Source: Lytechinus pictus (taxonomy: Eukaryota). Taken from it: a DNA stretch of 64,000 nucleotides. A model generated the notes under the pieces. That model was not told the origin of the DNA. It searched no databases and was given only the letters and a program-made list of their open reading frames with translations. The stretch covers positions 6,386,001 through 6,450,000 of the forward strand of contig NC_087248.1 in the NCBI RefSeq assembly GCF_037042905.1, written 5' to 3'. Positions 36,282-49,000 of the stretch are shown here, piece by piece. Both the position numbers and the translations under genes were made by a program. The first letter of the stretch is position 1. Each line of letters starts with the position of its first letter.

Positions 36282-38275
36282 TCTATTGGCGGAGCAAAAA
36301 AATAAAAAAAGGAAAAAGGAGGGAAAGGAGAGGAGAGAAAAGAAAAGAAGAGGAGGAAGACGAGTGAATAAAATAAGATGAGGGGAAGACTTGGAAAATA
36401 AAAAGAATCTTTCACGTCATAAAAAAATTTCGCTCGCGCTTCGCGCTCGCAATGCCTGTTAGGTGAATTTCATATCTTGTTCAATCTGGAGTTCAGTTAA
36501 ATATCAAGTTTGGAAGTCAATATACAAAACATATTTCACCTCGGAAATTGAAACTTCCTTATTTTGTGTGATTAACAAATAGTTTTTAAAAAGTGCTCTG
36601 TAAAAATGTCAGTTTTTCTGCTCGTGCTGCGCGCTTGCAAATTTAGATGTATCAGCTTTTCGTGTATTCCATAAAGTTTTCAAAATATCCCTTTTCAGGT
36701 CATGAGGTCTGATTGTCAAAGCGTATCAGCTAGCGCTGCACGCTCGCATTTTGATTGGCGAGTTATGTATGTCTCCTCAATATTGATTATACAACAAACT
36801 ATTTAAAATCCCCTTTTCATGACAGTTTATCCAAAAAAAAAATTGCTCGCGATTCGCATTAATGGTTAAAATATATTAACTTGATGCATCCTATTTATAA
36901 TGACAAAATTGCTTTAATGTCAAGTTTTCAGGCCATAATATCATCAAATTTCGCGCCCTCATTAGGCATTAATGAATATAAGATATTTATCTAATAATTA
37001 AATTGTCCCTATTGTTTCATCTCGCAAGAGGAATAGGAAGATATTCATCATTTCCATATGCATGTCCTAAGGATGTCTCGGTCCTATGTTAAAACTCAAA
37101 GTAATAATAATTGTAAATATCAGCTCTTTATTAAGTGCGATCCATATCCACCTCACAATTTTCCTACAAAGTGCTTGAAATATATATAGAGCTTAAATTT
37201 ACTCTTTTTTCAGATCAGAATATCAAATAGTTTAAGCTCGCGCTTCGCGCTCGTTTTGATTTTTATGATAAAATATGTATTTAGAATGCCTAGATTCGAG
37301 GTCTAAATATAAAACACTCTCGCGTTATCAATGTAGGAAGATCCCCTATTACTTTTAATGATTTACAAAACATGAAAAGGGTGTCCCGTTATAGGTCTAT
37401 ATCTCGCATCAATTGTTTAGTTACATACCTATCATGTTCACGATTACAAAAATTGATTGAAATTCCACATTCTTTATGTAGAAAAAGTCAAAAATGTTCA
37501 GTTCGCGCTCGCATTATTTGATTGTTTAAATATGTAACGTCTTCTTGCTAAGTGCAAGCAGTCCTTAACAGGTACCTTTTCGATCAGTTTAAAACTTATA
37601 TACAAATTTTCTGCTCGCGTTCTGCGCTCGCATTATTAATGTAAGGAAGATCCCCACTTACTCATCCTTTTCATGATTTACAAAACTTGAATAAAGTGTC
37701 TCGTTCAGTATATATATAGGTCTAAATCTCGAAATTTTCAGCTCGCGCGTTGCGCTCGCATCAATTGTTTAGTTATATACCTATTCTGTTTAAGTTACAA
37801 AAAAGTGCTTAGAATTTCCATTCCTTAGGTAAAACTGTCAACAAATTTCAGCTCGCACTTCGCGCTTGCATTATTTGATTTTGAAGTATGTAACGTCTTC
37901 AAGGCTAACTGCAAGCAGTCTTTAACAGTGCCTTTTCCATCAATTCATTTCTGCTCGCGCTTCACGTTCGTAGTAATTATTGATCTGCATACACATCTTT
38001 TTCAGGATAACAAACATTGCCCAGTATGTTCAGAATTTTAGGAAAAATACATAAGATTTCCAAACAAAAATAGCTCGCGCTTCGCGCTCGCATTATGTAA
38101 ATAAGGCTTATGGTATTATATGTTTATTTTTATTCATAAGAAGTGACTATTAGGACTACCCCCTTCAAAAAAGCCAAAAATCCCGGGAAAAATCATCTTC
38201 GAACGGCCGATCGGGGAAAATATGGCTGAAAAAAAACCGGGGCCCCCCTATTGGCGAAGGCTGGATCCGCCCCTG
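36282..38275. repeat. Composite repeat with dispersed GCTCGCGCTTCGCGCTCGC motifs and a hAT-like end
   Basis: About a dozen variants of the motif between ~36431 and ~38090 in an AT-rich background; ends GCTGGATCCGCCCCTG (reverse complement CAGGGGCGGATCCAGC). Confidence 0.7.
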
Positions 38276-38659
38276 CCCCCTTCAATATTCACTCTTGACC
38301 ATGGGCGGAAATCCCCTACTATTTTTGGTCTTTTATGATGGAAAGAAATACATCATTAAAAATCGAATAATATAAAACATGCATTTTGGACGAGATGACC
38401 ATACTTTTTGGGCGATTACTTTTTTTTTTTTTTGCTTGTCAAATTCATTTTGGTCGAAATGACCTTACATTTGGGGCGATAACTCTATTTTTTTTTTTTT
38501 TTTGCTTGTCAAATTTTCCAGCCCCTGGTCCCCGGCCCCTACCTTTGGGGAGAGATTTCCGCCCTTGCTCTTGACTAAAAATAATCTATCCTACTTAGCC
38601 TTAAAAAGAATGAAAACGTTTTCTTCAAATTTTCAATTTGTTCTGTGGACTGTGTCTAT

Positions 38660-38765
38660 AATTTGCCGTTTAACTCAACGACGAGGCTCTCTAGCTTGGT
38701 ATTAACTGGGGTATTAGTACGCCGGCATGCCTTGCTCCGTGCAGCTCCATGCACGGAAACAAAAG
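38660..38765 (+). promoter_or_regulatory. Candidate promoter and non-coding first exon of GTF2E1
   Basis: CpG-rich unique stretch ending in a donor-like AAAG|gtattt. It could join the acceptor tacttttcag|40011, which lies 40 nt before the ATG. Confidence 0.45.
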
Positions 38766-39409
38766 GTATTTTATTTCTTTACTCGGAACCATATCTACCG
38801 GGTTGATTCGGTTTAATTTTCTTGTTTATTTGCCTATCAAAATATATAAATGAAAATATTAGGTCCTATACACTTTTAAAGGAAATGGCTATCATGTGCA
38901 TGTAGACCGAGAAACGATAGTTAGAACGTTATCTGTCGAAGAGAATTGGTTAATCTGAAATCCGCCGAAGTTTGAACACGACCCGCCGGCAGATAGTGTT
39001 CCTAATCCTAGAGCCGTATCGCATCTGCCTAACATCGGATCCGCCGCTACACCAGCCGAACCACCACCAGGGGAGCGTTTCATCAATATTTTTGTCCAAC
39101 AAGTTGTCAGATCTGACATCTTGCATTTACTTTGTTTGGCTGAGAGTCACTGTTTAACTGTCAGACAAAACATCCGACAAGTCCTGTTTAATGGTACACT
39201 GTCCAGATTGCTCTCACTAATTTGCATAAATAATCAAGCATCAATTCTAAGGCAAATGGATGGATTTGCCCCCGATTTGCCTCGTGTAAACAAGTACCGG
39301 TACCTGGAAAATCATTTTCCCGCTGTTGTTGGTACCATAGAGCTATTAATAGCTCTATGTTGGTACTTTCCGACGGAGTGTTAGCGGTGTCGTCAACGTG
39401 GAAATTCTG

Positions 39410-39850
39410 TCAAATAAGTTTTCAAACGTTATAAGAGTGTAGATCTATTCCATGAAACTTGGACATGAGGGATATTGAAGTATCACTGATCATTTTACAT
39501 GAGTGTCAGGTCATATGGTCAAGGTCAAAAGGTCATTTATGGTCAGTGAACCTTGACTTTATATCAATATTGAATTCTTACAGGTTAATTTCTTAACTGA
39601 AAGTAAAGGATATACTTCATGAAACTTAATTGGACACTGGGGGTATTGTATTCACCAGTCATCTTGTGCCACTCAGATTATCAATGTCAAAGGTCATTTA
39701 GGGTCCATAAACTTTGACCATGTTGCATATAACTAAAAAAAACTAAGGTCATTATTTTGTATTGTCATAATATTGAAAGTGGGGAAGTCTACGTCTCTAT
39801 TGCATAAAACTTACACAAAATTATCAGGTATATCAGCAAATATGAGAAAT
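39410..39850 (+). repeat. HINE/Tsp core-repeat fragment
   Basis: Degenerate tandem units containing catgaaacttggac and ggtcaaggtcaaaaggtca, as in 14009-16160. Confidence 0.6.
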
Positions 39851-40050
39851 GTACAGCATTCCATAAACAACGATCAGCGAGAAATGAGATAATTTATATG
39901 TATATTTTCTGTTAAAAAATAATACTCTTTCAATATTTCTTATCTCAATTACATAATGATTTGTTTCTGCATCAATTAAAATCTTTTCATTCTTTTATCT
40001 TACTTTTCAGAAACACAATTTAACAAGAGTGTCAGCCATCAGAGTTCAAC

Positions 40051-41644
40051 ATGACATCCCTGCCCGTTGCAGAACAGGGAGTGCTTACAGTTGTCCCTGA
40101 TGAGCTGAAGTCGCTAGCAAAGTACATCATGCATGGATTCTACTCTGTGGAACATGCCCTTGTTGTTGACCTTTTAATCAGGAACACCATCATGAAGGAG
40201 GATGACCTTGCTGACCTGCTCAAGTTCGACAAGAAACAGCTTCGGACTTTGCTGATGAAAATCAAGAATGATAAGCTCCTGAAGCAGGTGATGCGAGTCG
40301 AGACGCAGGCCGATGGCCGCGCCATGAGGCACTATTACTACTACATCAACTACAAGACATTTGTGAACGTTGTCAGATTCAAGTTGGATCGGATGAGACA
40401 GAAAATTGAAAACAGGGAGAGGGACTCTACCTGTAAGGCACTTTTCAAATGTATTGGTAAACAGTGTGATAAGACTTACAATGAGTTCGATGCAGGAAAC
40501 CTGTACGATCCATTCACGATGAAGATGAAATGCACATACTGTGGGTCAGAGGTTTTGGAGGATGAGAGTGCAGTCCCGAAGAGAGATGCTGTCACTCAGA
40601 TGGTGACATTCAATGAACAAATGAAGCCCATCTTTGATCTGCTAAAGGAAGTAGAGCATGTCAAGCTTTCACAAGATATCCTAGACCCAACGCCGGTCCC
40701 TCTTAGTGAAGCACAAAAGTAAGTTTCATAGCTCAAAATCAGATTTTTTAATCAGTTTAAAAGATGCTCATATAAATAATGGGTAGGTTAACCGTTATTG
40801 TATCAAATATGATAGAAATATTTGAAATTGTGATATCAATTGTGGTTTGGCACCTTGCTCTGTTGAAGTATTTGGTCGAAAGCGTAGCTTTCTCTTCATT
40901 AATTATGCTTTTTTTTAATAGTATGATACTTATGTTTCAAATGTGTTTTAAAGATTTTATGGATTTATGCATGTTGATAAATATCTATTCTGAATATTCA
41001 TTTACAGGGGTCGTTTGGGTGATCGAGGCTTGAACATAGGAGGCCCTCTACATGGCTGGAGAGAGAACAATCGTAACCCTGCTGAACTTTACCATCAAGA
41101 CGTCACCATCAACATTGGAGAAAACAAAGGTCCAGCTAACAATGAACCAGCACCCCGTGAACGTCCTGTCTGGATGACAGAGAGCACTGTTGATGGCGCT
41201 ATCATAGAGGCCGCTTCAGGAAGCGCTGTTGAAACCATGAAGGCGGATCAAAATCGAACCAACGCTGGGAAGTCACATGATGGCGAGATCATGAAGGCCC
41301 TGCTCGCTCATGAGAGGAAAGTCGGACAAAGACCAAGCTTCCATCATGAACCTAACAGTGACAATGAAAGCGATGCTAGTGCCTCCGATGATGAGTTCCC
41401 TCAAGGTAGAACTGACCCTTTGCTATCAGAGGACAGGCTGGCTTTTGGTACGTTGATGGGGGATGTGTCAATGGGTAGACAGGAGGAAGAGGAAGAAGAA
41501 GATGAGGATATGATGGTGATGGTCCAAGGGAGGCAAGTGCCTCTGGATGAAGTCACTCCGGAAATGATCTCAGAAATGGATCAGGAAGAGAAGGATGAAT
41601 ATATCAGACTTGCACAACAAGCACATGCTGACATGTATGAATGA
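40051..41644 (+). CDS. GTF2E1: General transcription factor IIE subunit 1 (TFIIE-alpha); exons 40051-40718 and 41008-41644, 434 aa
   Basis: Winged-helix region (EDDLADLLKFDKKQLR, YYYINYKTFVNVVRFKLDRMR), zinc ribbon (C..C...CTYC), FNEQMKPIFDLL, RERPVWMTESTV and an acidic C-terminus (EMDQEEKDEYI). The GT-AG intron keeps frame (phase 2). Confidence 0.96.
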
Positions 41645-42534
41645 TCTTGTGGACTTCTTATTTATTCAGTATCTTGCTTTCAGTGAGAACTCAACATAAA
41701 TGGATTTATTTTTCAAAGTGAAAGGAAGGGGTGGAGGGGTACCCTTCTTATAAATCTTACTTTGCCATATGTGTAGACCAATGAGACTTTAGTCAGATTT
41801 TTTTTTTCATTCAAAATAGCAAAATGAAAGCAAAAATAGTAAGATTTTGAACAGTTTGTGCAGTATACTTTTACTGTGTAATTGCCCCCAAATAAGACTT
41901 TGTTTAAGTAAGATTTTTTATTTTTTTAAAGTTAGCATGTATCCTATGCTCCATTGTTTGAAAATTAATGTATTATGGTCACTTTGTCATCTAGTGGTAA
42001 CTGCTGTTATGATATATAATATCACTTTGGATATCTACTCACTTCAACTTGTAACAGCCTTCTCTATCCCACTGCTGCCACTAGATGACAGATGACTTGG
42101 TAAAGACTGAGATATTTTGGGATATTTGGTCAACGTATATACATGTACGTGGTGTTTTAACCAGGCTAGTCAAGTTGCCATTGTCAAGTTGAAGTGTGTA
42201 GATATTTATACTGATATATATCGTAATAATTGCCATGGAATTCTTGTTTTTGATTGGCTATTGAGCATTTTTGCCATGTATTTTACCATTTGATGGGAAA
42301 TTTACAAGCAAAAATTAGGCTAATCAAGGAATTGACACTTTAACCTGGAAGGTCATAGAAAACTGTAAGAATTTTTTCTAAGTGACTTTGATTTATTTGT
42401 GAAATTGATCACTATATTGTTCAACAAATTTGCCCTTAGTCTAGCTACCATTCACAACACTCAGATTTATTTTTGTGGTCAGGAAAATCCAGGAAATTTT
42501 CAATTCGTATGTGTATTGTGGGTAACAGGTACCC

Positions 42535-42770
42535 CCTTTTCAGCACCAGTTTCAAAAACCTGGGGGGAAAGATCATTTGCTTTTGCATGCCCCACTTTGT
42601 GGAATAGCCTTCCTGAAGACATAAAAAATGTACCTCTGTCGAAACGTTCAAAAATCTTCTAAAAACTTTTTTATGTAACTCTTAGCTCTTTATGCGCCTT
42701 GAGCACTCTACAGAGTGGATTTGGCGCTTTATAAGTCACATTATTATTAGTAGTAGTAGTAGTAGTATTA
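42535..42770 (+). mobile_element. 3' end fragment of an L2/CR1-type LINE
   Basis: Encodes KTWGERSFAFACPTLWNSLPEDIK, typical of an ORF2 C-terminus, followed by a short 3' UTR and a (TAT/TAG)n tail. Confidence 0.75.
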
Positions 42771-42968
42771 TATGCTTAAGTAGCAAAAACACCCAAGCAA
42801 AATATAAAAAGTACCAATGTTGAATTTATCTCTGATGATAAGGAAGGATGTAACACAGAAAATAATTGACAAAAAGGTTTGTAGACAAAGTGGATCATAT
42901 GGGATGAGACCAAATGGAAAGTAAAAGAAATAGGTTCAGACCAAGTGGTATTTTACCGCAGGATCAAT

Positions 42969-43252
42969 ATATAATAATAATAGGCATTTATATAGCGCCA
43001 TCTGTCTAGAAGTATTCTATTCCGAGGTGCATTGTTTATTATTATTATTACCCCGGCTTTAGTTCGAGCTGCCTTTCAGCGCTCAGTGCATTCCAGGAAT
43101 TAATCCTGCCAGGTACCCATTCACCTCACCTGGGTTGAGTGCAGCACAATGTGGATAAATTTCTTGCTGAAGGAAATTATGCCATGGCTGGGATTCAAAC
43201 CCACGACCATCTGTTTCAAAGTCAGAAGACCAATCCGCTGGGCCACAACGCT
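42969..43252 (-). mobile_element. tRNA-derived SINE (same family as 28215-28493)
   Basis: Shared ccattcacctcacctgggttgagtgcagca...ggataaatttcttgctgaaggaaatta...gggccacaacgc. Confidence 0.8.
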
Positions 43253-43421
43253 ATATGTTATGTATATGCCAGAAGCATTGTAATCACAACTTTCCTATGG
43301 CTTTGAGGTTCTGTTAAAGCTAAAGACTTATCAACTCATTTGATTGGTTATCTTTTGAGAGTACATGTTGATATTACTAAATTAGCTGGATCCAATCCAG
43401 TTCAAGTTTCAGATGTCAATA

Positions 43422-43850
43422 AGCCTGTTCACGGTTGTAAACTGCGCACGAGCAGAAAAAGGTCAATGGAGACAACCATGAAGGTGGCTTTCAAATTCAC
43501 TGACATAGGCATTTGTGATTTGATGATTATTCATGTATTCCTTTCAAAATATTTATCACATCCAAGCTGAACAGTAATAAATAGAGCCTTCATAATCACT
43601 GGTATTTGACAGTAGCCTAAACAATAGTCAAATGTGCCAAAGGCAGACAATAAAACAGATTTCCAAACTTTATCCCTGATGTACTATTCTAGTCACCTGG
43701 TCTATACAATGCCTTTTGTTCTTAGAATTTGAATACTCTACCGGTAAAGCTTACGCAACATCTACATTTGAAAATGATAGTGCTTATCCTAATGAATAAT
43801 CACAAAGGTCATTTGAGAAAAGTTGATCATGAACTAACCATGAACTGGCT
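43422..43850. mobile_element. MITE, inverted copy of 31213-31667
   Basis: ta|AGCCTGTTCACGGTT...AACCATGAACTGGCT|ta; the interior matches the reverse complement of 31213-31667 with small indels. Confidence 0.75.
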
Positions 43851-44881
43851 TATTATGAAGCATGTGCAGTAATCACAATTTTTCCCAACAACTTGTGAAT
43901 GTACCACTGAGAATTTAATAAAAATTGGATGTAAAAGAAGTTTTTATAATAAGAGAATGTGACATATTGGTCAGTACTTTAAAAAGAGGTTTCAATTGAA
44001 CCATTTTATAATTCAAACCTTTTAGGTACAATTTAAACCTCTCGAGATTGCAGGCAATGAAATTTTGCACACAATGAAAAAATTCTCAACACAGTGGTGA
44101 GGGATCCAATTTTATCAACACACCTTTTTTCTTCGCCCCCTCTCCCATGATGCTCAAAATGGTTTGACTGTTTGTCTGCTCTATTAGCATGTGAAACAGT
44201 CACAATTTAATCAAGGGGTTCTTTATCATCATATCTACAAAAACTGAACAATTGATATTTCATGTACAGTAACAAATTGCAATTCAGATATTAAGGTATG
44301 TGATGCCATCCACTCTCATTTGCATATAACCTGTGTTATACAGGTTACTGTATTGAAACAGTGAAATTAAACAAATCTTTACTGTACATAAACTTTCTAA
44401 GCTCTCATCCTATTTTGATGAAATTTTGAGTCTTATGCTGCTTCAGTGTTTCTCGACTTAATCAAATCAAATGGCTGTTGGGGGCTGACTTGGATTTTAA
44501 GGATTCCAGTTACTCATAACATCTCAAAATTTATACTATTATTTTTATCTCTTGAGGCCACAGCCAGGTCAAGTGAACCTGCGATAGAAAACATAATGTG
44601 TCTTTGTTTATTAATGTCTTCATACAAATTCATCTAATTTTTGACTTGGCTCATTTAAATATGTTACATTGAAGGAAATGTATTTTAAAACTTTTGTAAT
44701 GAGAAATATAAAAATCCTTTAAAAAAAAAATCGACTTTGAAGTATACTTGATTGCACAGTATCATTTAAAAAAAAGGGGGGGGAATATTATATTATGGAA
44801 GATTAATGGATGCTGCAAATCGTATTTATTGTTCTGGTGTCGCATCTTTACAAGTAGGCCTACATGTGACTGTATTGTTAA

Positions 44882-45370
44882 AGGGGAATCCAACCCAAAT
44901 AAAAACTTGTTTTTATAGGGAAAAGAAAAATCAGACAAGTTGATATGTGAAAGTTTGAACAATACTGGACAAACAACAAGAAAGTTATGAATTTTTAAAG
45001 TTGTAAATATTGGTAATCACTATACCCATGGAGACTTCAAATTGGCCGCATATGGGATGTCATAGTGATGTAAGGCAAGGACTACTCTTCCATGTACTCC
45101 AATACATATTTTGGCTAAAATGTCATTTTTCCCAAAAGTTTTATTTCAAATTATATTTTTCTTTCATGAGGACATAAAACAATATACTACCCGGGTTATG
45201 TTTAGATTACTGCCCCAGGGGAATGGGTACTTAGGAGAAAACCACAAATCCCTGATAATAAAGTACATGGCCTATGGGAAAGTTGCACTTGCGCCTTGTC
45301 ATAATTTACTCACTCAGTTGCCAATTTGAAATCTACATAGTATTAGTGATCTCAATTTTAAAGCAGTTAA
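44882..45370. mobile_element. Truncated Kolobok-type MITE
   Basis: ttaa|AGGGGAATCCAACCC start and an internal layout like the other MITEs; the right TIR was not found. Confidence 0.55.
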
Positions 45371-46001
45371 TGGTGATGTATATAAAGCCAGAGATGAAAA
45401 GATAGAGTCGGTAGAAGGGAGAAAATTTTGAGAGAAAAAAGAGGACTCTCTGTTATTTGCTCTTATAACTGTCATTGATATTTCATCAAGGTGGTTCCTG
45501 TCCTGTCTCTGTCCCAACCCCCCTCCCCTTGTCCCTAGAAAGAATGAGGAAGAATGGGAAAATGAAGGAATAAAATTATGAAAAGAGGAGAATGAAGGAA
45601 GGGGTAAAGTGAACTAGAAATGGGAGAGAGATTAAGTATGTAAGAGGAAGGAAACAAGAAAAAAAAAGGATGATAATGATGAAGAGAAATGTGAAAGAAT
45701 GGGGGAAAATTTTTGATGTTATCGCTTTGATTTTTCCTCATTGAGATAAATTTAAGTATCTATGATATATTGCTATGTTCGTTTAATGAATACTGCCACT
45801 AATTAATGCCTAAAAATATCTACAGCACAATGCCGATGTAGCACATGGCGTTCCATATACCTGAAGATTGCGTTATCTCTCTCGATCTGACCGAAATGGA
45901 AAGTGAAGATAAAACATTATTTGAAACTTAAAGAAATAACTACGGTTTATGTATTGGATGTGATTCTTGTTTCACGAAACATCATTTTGCAGACTATAAG
46001 A

Positions 46002-49000
46002 ATGATCATGAAAGGGTACACGAGACTCTTTTCAAGCATAGCATCTAGGAATCTCACTTCCCTTCAAACCCGCAGCAGCCGTAGACTCCAGTACGACGGA
46101 ATGCGAGATACCGCAGCCGGTGGTCGCGGGCGGCTAAGGTGCAGATTTCCGCTCTCGTTCGATCAGCAACTGCAGCATGGGTAATATTTCAAAACAACTT
46201 ATTTTCTTTTCTTACCTTTTGAATTCAAAGTAACAAATTTAAGAAGAGCCTTAAAAGGCACATGACCATAAGGCATAGTTTAGCTAGAGTAGAATGATTT
46301 GAACAAGCCAATTCTGAATACTTTTTGAAATATAATAAAAGCCATGGCATTATTTATTTCAGCCAAGGCCAAGGCTTGCCCAAGGCAACAAAAGGAAAGC
46401 TATCTTTTTTTCCTGACTTTTACATAAGTTGGTGTTCAAGATTTTGATTTCATTTTATGATTTTATCTTTTCATTTTTGTGTGCTTTCAATTGTTAGGGC
46501 TCAGTCTTTTACTAAATTATAATATAAAGGAGGCGAAGTTCTAACTTTGTCTTTGTCTTTATTATTTTTATTATTATTTGTTTGTTTGGCGTCACCTGTG
46601 CCTGGGAGGTGAAAAGCGAACTGAATCACTATGACCCGCAGGTCTCTCCTCCCAATAAGTTGGCTTTAGTTTTTAGGGTTTTCACGATGTCTATCCCATT
46701 TCAACTGAGTAAAGTTAAACGCTGTCGACTGAAAGGAATTATTGATTGGAGACTTTGTCATTGATTCAGCATTACGACCGCGCAGAGCAGAACTGAGTGG
46801 GTCCTCAATTTTAAGATATCATTGCTATGACAGCTCTGTACCATATACGTTATGTCTTCAAAAGGATATAGCCTATTAATTATGTTGGTATATATCACGT
46901 TTTAGTTTCAGGACATCATCTATTCACCAGCATCAGTTTGAAGCCGAACAAGGCAATGCCAGTACTACCATGGACCAAGAAGAGCTGGAGAAATTTAGGG
47001 TACTATCACAACAGTTCTGGAAAGAAAGTGGAGACTTTCAGGTAATTCTCGATCTGTAGGACCGCAATGCATTCTTGATTATCTGTGTCCACGTCCATTC
47101 AACAAAGTTAGTAGTTACACAAATTCTGTGGACCATGTCAGGATTGTCAAAATGAAAACTATTTTATTTAGGCCTATATTCATAAATATAAGATTGATAT
47201 CACAGTAATGATAATTTGAGCAGTTGAGATCATCTACACTGTTTGATTATTATTATTATGTGCTGTCAGACATTGAAATTCATTCCTTGATTATTTGTGA
47301 AATATCCTGGAAAAGCCTTCATCAATATTTAAACATTAAAGAGATGTGTTCCGGTATATTTTATTCTCTCTGTTTATGTATGTTATTTCTCTCTCTCTCC
47401 TTGTCTTGTCTTGTCTTTTTCTCTTTTTTCTTTTCTCTCTCTCTCTCTCTCTCTTCCATTTTCCTCTATCCCCCCTCTGTCTTTGTCTACCTCCTTCACT
47501 CTACCTTCATCTCTTTTCTTTTTCTTTTCCCCACTCTCTCTCTCTTTCAGGCTCTCCACAGCATGAATGATCTGAGAGTCCCCTTGATACGAGACACATT
47601 GTTGAATGTGAAATCTGGTGCTAACCGAAGCAGTACAAGACCGCTGCATGGTGCAACCATTGTTGATGTGGGATGTGGAGGGGGTATTCTAGCTGAGGTG
47701 GGATATATTACTAACTTACTTGATGCACTTTGTAGTATAGGTACTGGAAAATTTGAGACATTTGGTATTCAAAATCCAAAACATTTTGGATTTATAAATT
47801 CTTGTAACTTATTTATGTTATCTTGCATGTGTTTGAAGATTTAAGAGTTATTTCACATAGGATATAAAGCTGTGCAGCACAGTTTTGAAACAGTAATTGT
47901 AAAATTGATTTTATATTATATCAATTAAAATTGATTTTATATACCTTTGAATTGTGGCTGTTGCATAAGTCTTAACAACAATCATCAAATTCAACCCCAA
48001 TAAATAACATAATTTTCAATAAATCAGTTTGTATATTGTTAATCTAAGTGCACATAGAATCCAACCAAACACAACTTTGAAATGAGATTGTTATTATTGA
48101 AACCATAAGTGCAAATACATTCTGAGAAATTTATCTAAATCTTAATTCCTGCCTATTTCTTTTCCACTGACTGTGCAGCCTTTGGCAAGACTTGGAGCAA
48201 CCGTCATTGGTGTCGATGCCACGCCAGAGAACATTGAGGTAGCTCAGCACCACTTGAGCCATGATCCAACCATTAGAGGCAATGTGAAATACATATGTGG
48301 TACCGCAGAAGATTTAGTGCGTACCGAGAATGAGACATTTGATGCTGTGGTGTGCTCTGAGGTACTGGAACATGTCAGTCAAAAAGAAGACTTCATCAAA
48401 ACTTGTGCAGAACTTGTCAAGGTAAGTTCATCTGGAAACATCCCATTTATTTGTTTTCCCCTTTAAATATTACATTTATTCAATTCAATTCACTTCAATT
48501 TCATTTTATTGTCCACATGGAAATTTGTTTTGCTGACATAAATATTTGTAATAAAACATTACATATAATTTTTGCCATTACTTCAACTCGTCTCTTAGTT
48601 GATGTGAAAATTTGTTTGAATTTTGTAGTAATGCTTGTATGTCAATAATTACATGAAGCTGATTTGCCTTCACTGTCTGCCTGCTCTGGCATCAAACATT
48701 TAACAAAAGACTAATGCCTGGCTGATCTGTGAGTTGCATCAAATGAAAGACGAGGATTTAAGCTTTAGATGTATGTCTCTGCATGTGTGACTGTCAATTA
48801 TCGAGTGTGATTATGATTAAGTTGTGATGAAAAGGCTGATAATTCTTGGGTGTATTTTTCTGTACATACTGTATATAAACAAAACAAAGCCCTTAGACAA
48901 CTGAATATCAACAATACCATAATGGTTGCTTACTTCAAATTATGTAAAAAAATATGAATGACCAGAATTGCCTGATTTTTTTTCCATAATAGAATGCAGG

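Noticed and set aside
47224-47844. 206-aa ORF with an apparent hydrophobic segment
   Set aside because: An intronic CT-rich tract read in frame with COQ3 exon 3.
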